Source: Eledone cirrhosa (lineage: Eukaryota). Taken from it: a stretch of 64,000 bases of DNA. The position numbers and the translations under genes are program-made. Where the stretch lies: assembly GCA_964016885.1 (NCBI GenBank), contig OZ024763.1, forward strand, positions 6,200,001 through 6,264,000, written 5' to 3'. Positions 52,481 through 63,968 of the stretch are shown one piece after another. Under the pieces are notes generated by a model. That model saw nothing but the letters and a program-made list of their open reading frames with translations, did no database searches and had not been told where the DNA came from. The first letter of the stretch is position 1, and each line of letters opens with the position of its first letter.

Positions 52481-53811
52481 TTGGGAGTAGAAGGAGAGGT
52501 TGTAAATTTAACTATCCGCACATTTATCAAGAGGTGGTGGCTTCTAAAAATAAACAGGACAAGACAAGATCTGTGAAACAAACATGAGAGAAGAAAAAAT
52601 ATTTCATAACTTTGGTAACTTGAGGAAAGCTTAGCAAACATTTGAATCTAAGCCACAAATAATTACAGGGTCTTGCCATAAATATTATATAACTTAATTA
52701 CAGTGAAGAAATATAGTCTTGTGACCACGTGCTTCATAAATTCTGAATACGATAAAAGAATTCAAAATAGATATATGGCCTCTTTTTTGTAGTTTTTACT
52801 GGTTTCAGTCATTAGACTGTGACCATGCTGGGGCACCACATAAAACAATGCTGATGATGATGATAGTGATTGTATCAATACCATCAATGTTTGCAGTAGA
52901 TTTAACTAACACAAACAGGAAAGACACATTGAATAATGTAGTCTTTGATACACTGTGGACAGAACATCTGCTACTTTCCTAAAAGTTGAGCTTTTGTTTG
53001 TTTTTTGTTTTTCTTCTTTCTTTATCCAATCCATCTGTCATGGGAGAGGGAGGATGGCAGAGAGAGGGGGTGGCAGAGAGAGGGGGGTGGCAGAGAGAGG
53101 GGGTGGGGCAGACAGAGGGGGTGGGGCAGAGAGAGGGGGTAGTGGAGAGGAGTTTAGTGTTTAAATAAACTGATTTATTAAAAATACGTCACTATAAATA
53201 GGACAAGTTATTTATGAATATATAAATAGCCATCTATCAATCTGTCTAACTACCAATCTGTCCATGTGTCTATCTATCCATTTATCTACCTATCTATCTG
53301 TGTGTCTATCTACCAATGTCAGTGCCTGACTATCTATCTATCTGTGTGTCTATCTACCAATGTCAGTGCCTGACTATCTATCTATCTATCTGTGTGTCTA
53401 TCTACCAATGTCAGTGCCTGCCTGACTATCTATCTATCTGTCCATCGATCTATGTATCTCTCTATGTACATCTATCTATCTATCCAACCATCTATATGTA
53501 CACCTGTTTATATATTTGTCTATCTATGTACATGGATGGAGGAGTGATCAAATTCGTGAACTAGTTATCTGTGGAGATGGCCATAATTGGACCATGAAAC
53601 CTTAGGTAGTGCTTTTTGTTCCATGTATGTGTGTGTGTGTGTATATATATACATATATGTAGACACCCCACGCCATGTACACACCGGTTTCCCTATTACC
53701 CAAACAAGGAACCTCGTTCTTCCCCCAACTCTCACATCTGACCTTCAGCACTATTTTTCTTTATCACAACCAATATTTTACTAAACACACACATTTGCTC
53801 TACGGGTTTAT

Positions 53812-53860
<49 letters not shown>

Positions 53861-54154
53861 ACCCTCATCGAGTCCTCTGGGTTTTCGTCTTTGCATTTAT
53901 TAGGCACCTCTTAACCAATATACACCCTACACCACCCTTTCTCTGTAAAGTTATGTTGGTACCACAACATACAGTCCACACTGTAAACGTGGTTGGCGTT
54001 AGGAAGGGCACCCAGCCGTAGAAAACCTGCCAGAAACAGTTCTGTATGAGCGAGACACGGTAACCCGACCAATCTTGCCCCATGTTAGCGTGGAAGATGG
54101 ACGTTAAACGAAGATGATGATGATTACTCTTATAATATATATATATGTAGAGTT

Positions 54155-54495
54155 GGAAGCACATGGCTTAGTGGTTAGAGCATTGGCCTTGCAATCGAAA
54201 GGTTGTGAGTTCAATTCTCAGACCGGGTGATGTGTTGTTTCCTTGAGCAAGACATTTTATTTCACATTGCTCCAGTTTACTCAGCTGTAGAAATGAGATG
54301 ATAGGGACTGGGGTCCATATCATTCCACTGCAAAGTGGTCGTGGAGGTGCCACGGCAAAAAAGCACCCAGCACTCACTGTAAATGAGGTTGGTGTTAGGA
54401 AGGGCATCCAGCTGTAGAAATCAAGCCAGAATCAGTTCCCGTCCCACCCTTGCAAGCAGGGAAAAGTGGACCTAAAATGAAATGATGATGATGAG
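54155..54495 (+). mobile_element. Composite tRNA-headed SINE with RTE-like tail
   Basis: Same head, junction and tail as 5071-5395. Confidence 0.8.
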
Positions 54496-54755
54496 TTATA
54501 ATAATTATGAATACCTAAATCTGTACTAATTATATATATATACAATCCGGTCTCCTGTTATTAAAATTTACCTCCGTTCCTGCACCAGCCACGGGATTCA
54601 ACATCAACAATGGATGATTCGCTTAACGTAGAGTGCTTTTCCTATTATTACTTAATGGTTAAATAAACGGTATGACCAGTTCTAACCATTGGTGAACTAC
54701 AAAACATAAATGAATATATATTAGACTTTTAACGATATTTTATAAACTCGTATAA

Positions 54756-54839
54756 GCGTCTGAAGAAAGATCCCCAATTTGATGCTTCTTGTTTTCTGTA
54801 GGTATGGTCAAATGTTGGCCTTGAAACCTGAGGTAGCGC
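54756..54839 (+). ncRNA. Type I hammerhead ribozyme motif
   Basis: Stem I gcgt/gcgc, core CTGAAGA at 54760-66, imperfect stem II aag..ccaatttga/tcaaatgttggcctt, GAAA at 54823-26, near-palindromic stem III ACCTGAGGT, GTA triplet. Confidence 0.6.
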
Positions 54840-55284
54840 CAATGTTCGTGTATGAACAGAATTGTTTCTACTTTAGGCACAAGGCCAGCAATTACTCCAG
54901 TGTATTACTGGTACTTTATTTTATCGACCTCCGTAAGGATGAAAGGCAAAGTCAACCTCGGCGGGATTTGAACTCAGTCCGTAAAGGGACGTAACTCTGC
55001 TACAAAACATAGCCTCCGACCCTCGACTGATACTGCCAATTCACCTGTATGAACTTAATATAATACATTATATAAATATAATCAAAATAATCCCCGACAA
55101 TCAAATAAGCTGAAGGAACAAACTGCGAGCTCTTTATATATGCAACCCTAAGCGAGTCCTCTCTGGATGTTGGTTTTTGTATTATGACTATTATAGTAAG
55201 GAGAAAAATACACAGATCCCCTATTATCGGACACAAATATTTATGTATATTTCTCTTCTTACTATGTTATATATATATATATAT

Positions 55285-55482
55285 GAACGATTAGGACCCC
55301 GACGGCTGAGCTCAAGCCGTTTCGACGGCTAATTCTGGACTTCTAGAGTCCAGTAAAGCCGTCGAAACGGCTGGAGCTCAGCCGTCGGGGTCCTACTCGT
55401 TCCTATTACCCACTCTACAACCCTAAGTATTGAGTACTTTGGTGCGTTATGGTCCACCTGCTTCCTTACCACATTTCCTTCG

Positions 55483-55484
<2 letters not shown>
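55285..55484 (+). mobile_element. Fold-back element with the 3' half of a hammerhead, between (TA)n tracts
   Basis: Palindrome 55285-55402. The right arm reads gccgtc-GAAA-cggctg-gagct-cagccgt-C-ggggtcc. Its tail is the reverse complement of 38037-38120. Confidence 0.65.
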
Positions 55485-55540
<56 letters not shown>

Positions 55541-55717
55541 TACATATGTGTGCTATTGTTATAAATGCGGTGATTCCAGCGAATGTTCTAGAAACAGGCG
55601 ACTGAGGCAAAATCCTATAAAAGACAGTGAAACAATGAAGAATGCGATGTAGGAATTGAAAATAGCCTAACACAAGCGAAAGTAGAAATACGAGACGGAA
55701 CAAGGATAGCCATTTAA

Positions 55718-55771
<54 letters not shown>

Positions 55772-56107
55772 GATGTCGGTACTAGTAAAGTGGAAATGAC
55801 ATTATTGGTATTAATCGATAATTTAAAATATTCGATACATACATATTATATTCGCTGGGGGGTGTTTCTCGTTGGTTGATAGGGAAATAAATTTGTTAAA
55901 GATTAAATTGGCGTTGGTATGTATGTATGTATGTATGTATGTATGTATGTATGTATGTATGTATGTATGTATGTGTGTATGTATGTGTGTATGTATGTGT
56001 GTGTGTATGTATGTATGTGTGTGTGTATGTATACATACATATATATATATAGAGAGAGACATAGACAGGAATATACATATATACTCATATAGGTGTATAT
56101 GTATATA

Positions 56108-56140
<33 letters not shown>

Positions 56141-56631
56141 TATAGAAAAATAATACGCAAAACTTACATTAGTAACCATATTTTGGAGGTTTGTCTAATC
56201 ACGAGTAGTGGTGGTGGTGGGAGCAGAGAGGAAGAGAGAGAGAGAAGTAGAAAGAAAGTGAAGGGGGAGGAGACGCGAGAGAAAAACAAACGTTTTAAAC
56301 TGAACACGGTCGGTAAACCTTAAGTTTCAGCTGCGAAACCTTTCCTCCCACACAAAAATATATAAATAACCCGAAACACCCAATTAATAAAATATTTATT
56401 TATTTATACAGGTAAATTTAACATTAAATTAAAAATAAAAGATAAAATAAAAAAAGGATTTTTGATGATAAATTATTTAATTACGAAAATAAACACAAGC
56501 ATACATAGGAGTGTGGTAGGAGAGACGCAACATTAACTCAATCAATACAATAGAAGGGATAGACCTTAAGTTTCGGCTACGAAATTTAAACGCAGTCCAG
56601 TTAAGTATGTTTAAATGGGATATATATATAC

Positions 56632-56990
56632 ACAATATATTAACAAATGGAAACTATATTTATAAAACCATATTTATTTTATTATACATATTTCAAGGGC
56701 CACCAAGGCAAATTATGGTGCGCTTTCATCAGATAAAATACAATACAGATTTGTTTTATAAATAAATATTGACATACCCTGAAAAAAAACAACAACCGTA
56801 ACTATCCAGGAAGCTCCAACCGTTAAGGTTGTCTTTTTTTCAGGGTATGTCAATATTTATTTATAAAACAAATCTGTATTGTATTTTATCTGATGAAAGC
56901 GCACCATAATTTGCCTTGGTGGCCCTTGAAATATGTATAATAAAATAAATATGGTTTTATAAATATAGTTTCCATTTGTTAATATATTGT
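56632..56990. repeat. Long inverted repeat (about 157-bp arms, about 45-bp spacer), each arm holding a hammerhead
   Basis: acaatatattaacaaatgg...ccctgaaaaaaa is the exact reverse complement of tttttttcaggg...ccatttgttaatatattgt. Confidence 0.9.
56882..56947 (+). ncRNA. Type I hammerhead ribozyme motif (mirror copy on minus strand at 56675-56740)
   Basis: Stem I tattttat/ataaaata, core CTGATGA at 56890-96, stem II aagcgcacca...tggtggccctt, GAAA, short stem III ATA-TG-TAT, ATA cleavage triplet. Confidence 0.7.
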
Positions 56991-57120
56991 ATATTTACTC
57001 CACTAATCTGTTGAGTGCTTTATATCAGTTATAAAAATGTTTAAGCTTGTTGAATCCCAACAAATTAAATATAACCTCTGCATATATTAATCAGAATGGA
57101 TGCAGTTAAAAGTAGTTAGA

Positions 57121-57242
57121 CCATTACCCACCAGAGTACTTGATACCTGGAGCAGTTGAATGGGTAACATGAAGGATTCGGGACCCCGACGGCTGAGCTC
57201 CTGCCGTTTTAACCGTTGAAAGTTCAGCCGTCGGGGTCCCGA

Positions 57243-57245
<3 letters not shown>
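57121..57245 (-). mobile_element. Related subfamily of the fold-back element
   Basis: ttcgggaccccgacggctga...tcagccgtcggggtcccgaa (57177-57243), next to (TA)n. Fragments recur at 63285-63330 and 61385-61456. Confidence 0.6.
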
Positions 57246-57283
<38 letters not shown>

Positions 57284-57309
57284 ATATATATATATATATA
57301 TATCACAGA

Positions 57310-57680
57310 AAAAAAGAGAATCAGTGTTGCGACGAATGGAATTTATTGGACATATTACAATCGATTTTCTGGCAACCAGGTCGAGGCACGATCGATGTGA
57401 TTATCGAACCTGACTCTGAAACTCGCAAGGTCCTCAGATACGTCTTGATTGATTCTACGAAGCAGATTTTCCTAGGGGGATGACGGCTGAGAGAAAAGTA
57501 CTCAATACCGAAGTAGAGTTTAAATATTCATTTTATTAAGGCTAAGTAGTGAGTCTTGTTACTCTGGAGTTTCACCTGCTTCTCACAGGGTCATCAGACT
57601 AATTCTTGTCTGATGACCCTGTGAGAAACAGGTGAATCTCCAGAGTAACAAGACTCACTACTTAGCCTTAAAATGAATAT
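57310..57680 (-). mobile_element. Penelope-like pLTR relic with fold-back (inverted repeat 57524-57680)
   Basis: Arms of about 75 bp carry hammerhead cores. On the minus strand these are followed by AATAAA and gtattgagtacttt, a motif shared with the 55.3/38.1 kb elements. Abuts (TA)n. Confidence 0.55.
57604..57653 (+). ncRNA. Type I hammerhead ribozyme motif, degenerate (inverted partner at 57554-57599)
   Basis: Stem I tcttgt/acaaga, CTGATGA, stem II cctgt-gagaa-acagg, GAAT (GAAA in the inverted copy), stem III (a)ctc-ca-gagt, GTA triplet. Confidence 0.65.
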
Positions 57681-58434
57681 ATGTGTGTGTGTGTGTGTGT
57701 ATATATACACACACATGCACGCGTACGTATATATGTTTATGTATTTGTTTTGTTATTTCATGATGTGAAACCGTCTGGTGAAACCGATATTGTTATATTT
57801 AGGGATGGCCATGTTGCTAGTATTGCCAAGAGTAAGAAACACATATGGCCATCCCCAAGGAAGGATTGGATATACAACTGGCCCACAATGGTGCTTCACT
57901 GAAAATACTTATCGAGAAAATGGTTTGAAAACAACAATAATCAATGCTGGTGAACTACCTTATCCCCAATAGACATTTACTTCCAACCATAAGTGGTATA
58001 CTGTATCCAAGGTACCAGAGGTGGTGAATTTTACATTGGTGTGGCCTTCATTTCATGTTGCTCCAGTATACTCAGCCAAAAATGTGTACCAGCAGCAATA
58101 GCCAAGGGGTTTAACCTTGTGATAGACTTGTGTCTTGTCCAGGGGCAAGTCTAGCATGGCCTAGTGGTAAGGGTGTGGTACTTATGAACATAATGTTGTG
58201 GGTTAGATTCCATAACTGGATTATGTTGTGTTCTTGAGCAAAACACTTCATTTTATGTTGCTCCAGTATACTCAGCTGGAAATGAGTACCAGCAGCAATA
58301 GCTAGAGGGAGTTAACCCTGCGATGGACTGGCGTCCTGTCCAGAGGGGAGTCCTGTACTCTCAGTCACTTAATGCCACAGAACCAGATAAGCACCAACCT
58401 GATGAGCCCCAGGTTCAAGACAGACTTTAGCACT

Positions 58435-58647
58435 TTAAGACCACTACACATTTGTAGCAAAGAACACTTCAACACACATGCATCTTCCTTCAAGAAACAC
58501 ATAGATAAATGCAAGAACATAACTAAAGATAGAGCACTCACTATCGAAGACAGGGATAGGAATACTGGTAATCTCAGAATAAAAGAATCTATACTAACAG
58601 CCAAACTGAAACCCAAAATCAACAATAGACTAGAACTGAACACCTAG
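58435..58647 (+). mobile_element. Penelope-like element GIY-YIG endonuclease C-terminal relic
   Basis: LRPLHICSKEHFNT...NLRIKESILTAKLKPKINNRLEL fits the RxLxxRxxEH ... xESxxIxxxxPxxN pattern. Confidence 0.55.
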
Positions 58648-59017
58648 TGGCTAACTTAGACATACACAGTACACCATCATCACCATTTAACATCCATTTT
58701 TCACAAGCAGGGTTTAGACAAGCTGCCCTGTTGTGAACCAAGCCAGGTCAGATGGATGTGTCTTGCTCACATAGAGCTGATTTTGGCTTGGTTTCTATGG
58801 GTGGATGCCCTTCCTAACACCAACCACTTAACAGTGTGTACTGGGTGCTTTTATCATGTAGATCACCAGCATGTGTGTGTGTCTATTTATATATGTAACA
58901 TCAAAACTTCAAGCTGACTATGTGTAACATTCGATATGGAATAAAACATTTTAAAGTGAATCTTCGTTATCTCTTGCATTACATATATATATATACACAC
59001 ACACATTTACACACACA

Positions 59018-59114
59018 TACAGGGTGTCCCCAACAAATTTATACACATACCAATTACCTGTACAGGCAATATTTATTAGACTGCTGGTGTATACATTTTT
59101 GGGAATACCCTATA
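59018..59114. mobile_element. Tc1/mariner-type mini-MITE
   Basis: ta-cagggtgtccccaacaaatttatacac ... gtgtatacatttttgggaataccct-ata. Confidence 0.55.
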
Positions 59115-59609
59115 TATATTCTATCTCTAACAATTTAGCAGAAATATCCCTTGCAAGCAGGGAAAAGCAGATGTAAATAAACAACATAAGACAATTATTT
59201 CATTTACCAGTGGTTTCTTGAAGACATATTTATGTCTGTCTTCATTATCTTATGTTGTTTATTACATAACTAAAAAGCTCTGTAGCCTACATAGAGCACT
59301 CTTTTCCTTTACCTTTCCTACGGAAATACTTCATTTATATATACAATTCTCCTGATATTGTATGTATATACACGCATATACATACATGTGTGTGTGTATG
59401 TGTGTGTGTGTGAGTGTCTCATGACTAAAAACTATTCAATTTTGAATATTTGTTTATCAACTTTCACACACACACATACACACACAATATACACCACACA
59501 CACACACACTACACACAATATACACCACACACTACACACATTTATTTATTTATTTAGTGAGTAATGTGAAATGGTTCAGATAATACAGATAGCAAATTAT
59601 TTTTTATTG

Positions 59610-60540
59610 TAGCTGTTGTAGTTGTTAGTGGTAGTGGTGGTGGTGCTGTGTTGTGTTGTAGTTGTCAGTGGTAGTGTTGTGGTAGGGGTGGTGGTGCTGT
59701 GTTGTTGTTAGTGGTAGTGTTGTGGTAGGGGTGGTGGTGCTGGTTGTTGTCAGTGGTAGTGTTGTGTTGTAGTTGTCAGTGGTAGTGTTGTGGTAGGGGT
59801 GGTGGTGCTGGTTGTTGTCAGTGGTAGTGTTGTGGTAGTGGTGGTGGTGCTGTGTTGGTAGTGTTGTGTTGTAGTTGTCAGTGGTAGTGTTGTGGTAGGG
59901 GTGGTGGTGCTGTGTTGTTGTTAGTGCTAGGGGTGGTGGTGCTGGTTGTTGTCAGTGGTAGTGTTGTGGTAGGGGTGGTGGTGCTGTGTTGTTGTTAGTG
60001 GTAGTGTTGTGGTAGGGGTGGTGGTGCTGGTTGTTGTCAGTGGTAGGGGTGGTGGTGCTGGTTGTTGTCAGTGGTAGGGGTGGTGGTGTTGTGTTGTTGT
60101 TAGTGGTAGTGTTGTGGTAGGGGTGGTGGTGCTGTGTTGTTAGCGGTAGGGGTGTTGTGTTGTAGTTAGTGTTGTGGTGGTAGTGTTGTAGTTAGTGGTA
60201 GTGTTGGGGTTGTAGTTGTGGTGGTGTTGTTGGTGTTGTTAGTGATTGTGTTGTAGTTGATAGTGTGGTGTTGGTGGTGTTGGTGATGGTGTTGTTGGTG
60301 CTGGTAGTAGTAGTACTATCAGTTGTAGTAATATAGAAAGCTGACATCAGAAACAACAGTAGTAGCAGCAACAGCAGTAGTATTAGTAATAGTAGTAGTA
60401 TTAGCTGTAGTAGCAGTAGTAATATAGAAAGCTGACATCAGAAACAACAGTAGTAGCAGCAACAGCAGTAGTATTAGTAATAGTAGTAGTATTAGCTGTA
60501 GTAGCAGTAGTAATATAGAAAGCTGACATCAGAAATGATA
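59610..60540. repeat. GT-rich degenerate minisatellite followed by an about 90-bp x2.5 duplication
   Basis: gtggtagtgttgtggtaggggtggtggtgctg variants; gtaatatagaaagctgacatcagaaa occurs 3 times. Confidence 0.85.
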
Positions 60541-61814
60541 ATAGTTGTCTAATCAGATTTACAGGCCAACATGACAATACAAGTTTCTCAGGGATTTATT
60601 AGACTTTTCTCCCACAGATTATATAGTGGTAGTAGTGGCTCTATAAAACATGGGAAACTACTGCTACTACTACTACTGCTATTACTGACATTTCTAGTAC
60701 TTTATTTTAACGACAAAACTAACCTCGGCAGGATTTGAACTCAGAACGTAAAGGGATGAAACTCTATATGCCACAAAGCATGACTACTACTACTACTACT
60801 ACTAATAATAATGTAATTGTTTCTACTTTTGGCAAAAGGCCAGCAATTACCCAGCGCATTACTGGTACTTTGTTTTATCGACCCCGTTAGGATGAAAGGC
60901 AAAGTTAACCTCGGCGGGATTTGAACTCAGAATGGCAAGGGCCGTAACTCTATGCGTCAAAGCATGGCGTCCGACCTTCTACCGATACTGCCAATCCACC
61001 TGATAATTCAACGTTCACTACTTCATATTGACATGGGTTGGACTGGTGATCAGGGACCATGTCAGTACTTAATAGAAGTTATTGTCTTCAGACTGAAGGG
61101 CAGGGAGAGGGGGTGGGGGTAAGGCATGTCTTGCTTTCATATATCCCAGTTGGCATGGGTGTTTATGTACATGTGTGTATGTATGTATGTATGTATGTGT
61201 GTGTGTGTGTGTGTGTGTATATGTATGTATGCAAGTATGTATGTATGTATGCATGTCTATATGCATATGCATGCAAGTACGTATGTGTGTGTATATGTAT
61301 GTATATATATATACACACACCTGATTTATCTGAAGAATTACAAAAAAAACATTATTATATATCAGAATGGAGGCGGTAAAAACCAGTTAGACCATGAGTA
61401 CTCGATATTTGGGGTAGAAGAGGGGGTAATTTGAAAAGGGGTCCCGAACTTTTCATATATATATATATATATATATATAGATAGATATATATATTATATG
61501 TGTGTGTGTCTACGTGTGTATATACGACATAATTGTTTCTACTTTGGGCACAAGGCCAGCAATTACCCCAGTGCATTACTGGTACTTTATTTTATCGACC
61601 CCGTAAAGATGAAAGGCAAAGTTAACCTCGGCGGGATTTGAACTCAGACCATGAAGGGCGACATAATGTGCAGTGTAAATAGCGGAAGGTGAAACTGGGA
61701 TGGCCTATATAATGTAACACACGTAGTTGTTGTTGTTGTTGTTGTTCAGCTGACTGAAAGTATCTGGGGCAGCTGCTGGAGTTGGAAAGAGAGGAAGGGG
61801 GAAGGGGGAGGGTA

Positions 61815-62135
61815 GACGTGGGTTTATGAGAGTTGGAGGGATAGAGAGAGAGAGAAACGTGGGTATATGAGAGTGGGAGAGATAGAGAGAGAGAGAAACG
61901 TGGGTATATGAGAGTGGGAGGGATAGAGAGAGAGAAACGTGGGTATATGAGAGTGGGAGGGATAGAGAGAGAGAGACGTGGGTATATGAGAGAGAGAGAG
62001 AGAGACGTGGGTATATGAGAGAGAGAGAGAGAGACGTGGGTATGTGAGAGTGGGAGGGATAGAGAGAGAGAAACGTGGGTATATGAGAGTGGGAGGGATA
62101 GAGAGAGAGAGAGAGACACGTGTATGTGAGAGAGG
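61815..62135. repeat. Purine-rich about 28-40-bp minisatellite
   Basis: acgtgggtatatgagagtgggagggatagagagagag variants. Confidence 0.85.
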
Positions 62136-62901
62136 CGGAGTGAGATAGAGACTGATAGACAGGCGTGTGTGAGTGAAAGTGAGAGAGAGGAGTGAGTAGA
62201 AGAGATGTGTGTATGTGTAAGAGAGAGAGAGAGAGAGGACTATTATTATAAAAAGCATGCGACAGCCGCCGTGTTACTGTTAAATGATGATAAAGATTAT
62301 GATGGTGATGGTTGTTTTCTATTCAAGGCCAATATATATAAACTACGAATTAAAAAAAACCAAACGAAACGAAACTCAGCTAACATATCACAAGCATGTT
62401 TCTATATATAAACACACATAATGTATGTGTGTGTATATGTGTCTTAATTATGAAATCTAACGCAACTGTACATGTGTGTGTAAATATGAAATCTAACGCA
62501 ACTGTACATGTGTGTGTGTGTGTGAATATGAAATTGATCAGAGAGAAATGTATGTGTCTGTTGATAATGTCCGTGTGTGTGTTGATAATTATGAGACTGA
62601 ACAGAGAATTCCATATATATATATATATATATTATAAATAAGAAAGACAATTTTATCCGTACATCTTCACTTTTATATTAAAACTCCGGTTGATAACCTT
62701 ACAGAGAAAATCCTAAGGGACACAGATCATTGAGTGCTTTACGTCTGTTTACGAAAAAAATCGGTACATGATTTGATCAACCAACTTTCATCAACTGAAT
62801 AAATAAATATATATATATATATATATAAATGAAGTAATTCCGTCGGAAAGGTCCAGGAAAAAAGAGTGCTCTATGTAGGTAACAGAGCTTAATAGTTATA
62901 A

Positions 62902-62946
<45 letters not shown>

Positions 62947-63231
62947 AACACACAATGACATGACACTAGTCTTTTGTAAAACTTGGTTAAAATGAAAGCA
63001 ATCATGACTGTCATTTTTGTTGGCAAATCTTCGTATGTAAGTCATTAAATAAGTCTTAGCAGTGAGACCATTATTGAAGCTAGTAGTCCAGAGTTTATAG
63101 CTAAGAAAACCAGATTCTTGTAAAGACAGAGACGAATATTAGACAAGACAGCTGCAGCAGACATCGTGTAAAATTGTAATGATTCATGTATGTGTGTGTG
63201 TGTGTGTATATGTAATATGTATGTGTGTGTG

Positions 63232-63284
<53 letters not shown>

Positions 63285-63355
63285 GTCAGTTGAAACGGTA
63301 GGAGCTCAGCCGTCGGGGTCCCGAATTTGTCATATGTGCGTGTGTGTATATATAT

Positions 63356-63397
<42 letters not shown>

Positions 63398-63488
63398 ATT
63401 AAAATAACAGATTAAAGTTTAAGCAAAGATATATATTTATATATATCATCCTGATCGAGCCCTCTTTGGATTTTAGTCTTCACATTTA

Positions 63489-63551
<63 letters not shown>

Positions 63552-63801
63552 TATATACACACACACACACACATATATATAGAGAGACAATGGCTGTTTA
63601 GTGGAGATAGTGCCGGATATAGCCATATATGATTTCGACAGACCTATGGTGGTCTCCATACATTATATATAAACAGGAGTGAAGAGATATTTTAATGACA
63701 ATATAGTTGTCATCATAATTAAAATATATATATATATCGAAATGTGAACAACGAGGATGGATTGTGTACGTGTGTGTGTATATATATATTTATATATTTA
63801 T

Positions 63802-63907
63802 ATAAACACGCGTACACCTTAAATGTCAAGTAAGCCTGTCTCTCTCCCTATATATATATAGGGAGAGAGACAGGCTTACTTGACATTTAAGGTGTACGCG
63901 TGTTTAT
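63802..63907. repeat. Perfect 106-bp palindrome centred on (TA)6
   Basis: ataaacacgcgtacacc...ctctccc-tatatatatata-gggagag...ggtgtacgcgtgtttat. Confidence 0.9.
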
Positions 63908-63920
63908 GTCTGTATGGCTT

Positions 63921-63968
<48 letters not shown>

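Noticed and set aside
53043-53150. G-run repeat with G-quadruplex potential
   Set aside because: It is a simple short tandem repeat with no evidence of function.
53680-53760. Minus-strand ctgaagg...gaaaccggt
   Set aside because: Core mismatch and no convincing stem I; too degenerate to call.
56310-56600. Two copies of ccttaagtttc(a/g)gct(g/a)cgaaa resembling hammerhead 3' halves
   Set aside because: No CTGANGA strand or stem I found.
58395-58430. ctgatgag motif (reverse copy at about 15402)
   Set aside because: It is part of a SINE 3' region, with no GAAA or stem III partner.
63590-63720. Minus-strand gagacc..ggtct gtcgaaa hairpin
   Set aside because: No intact core or stem III; may be a relic but cannot be supported.
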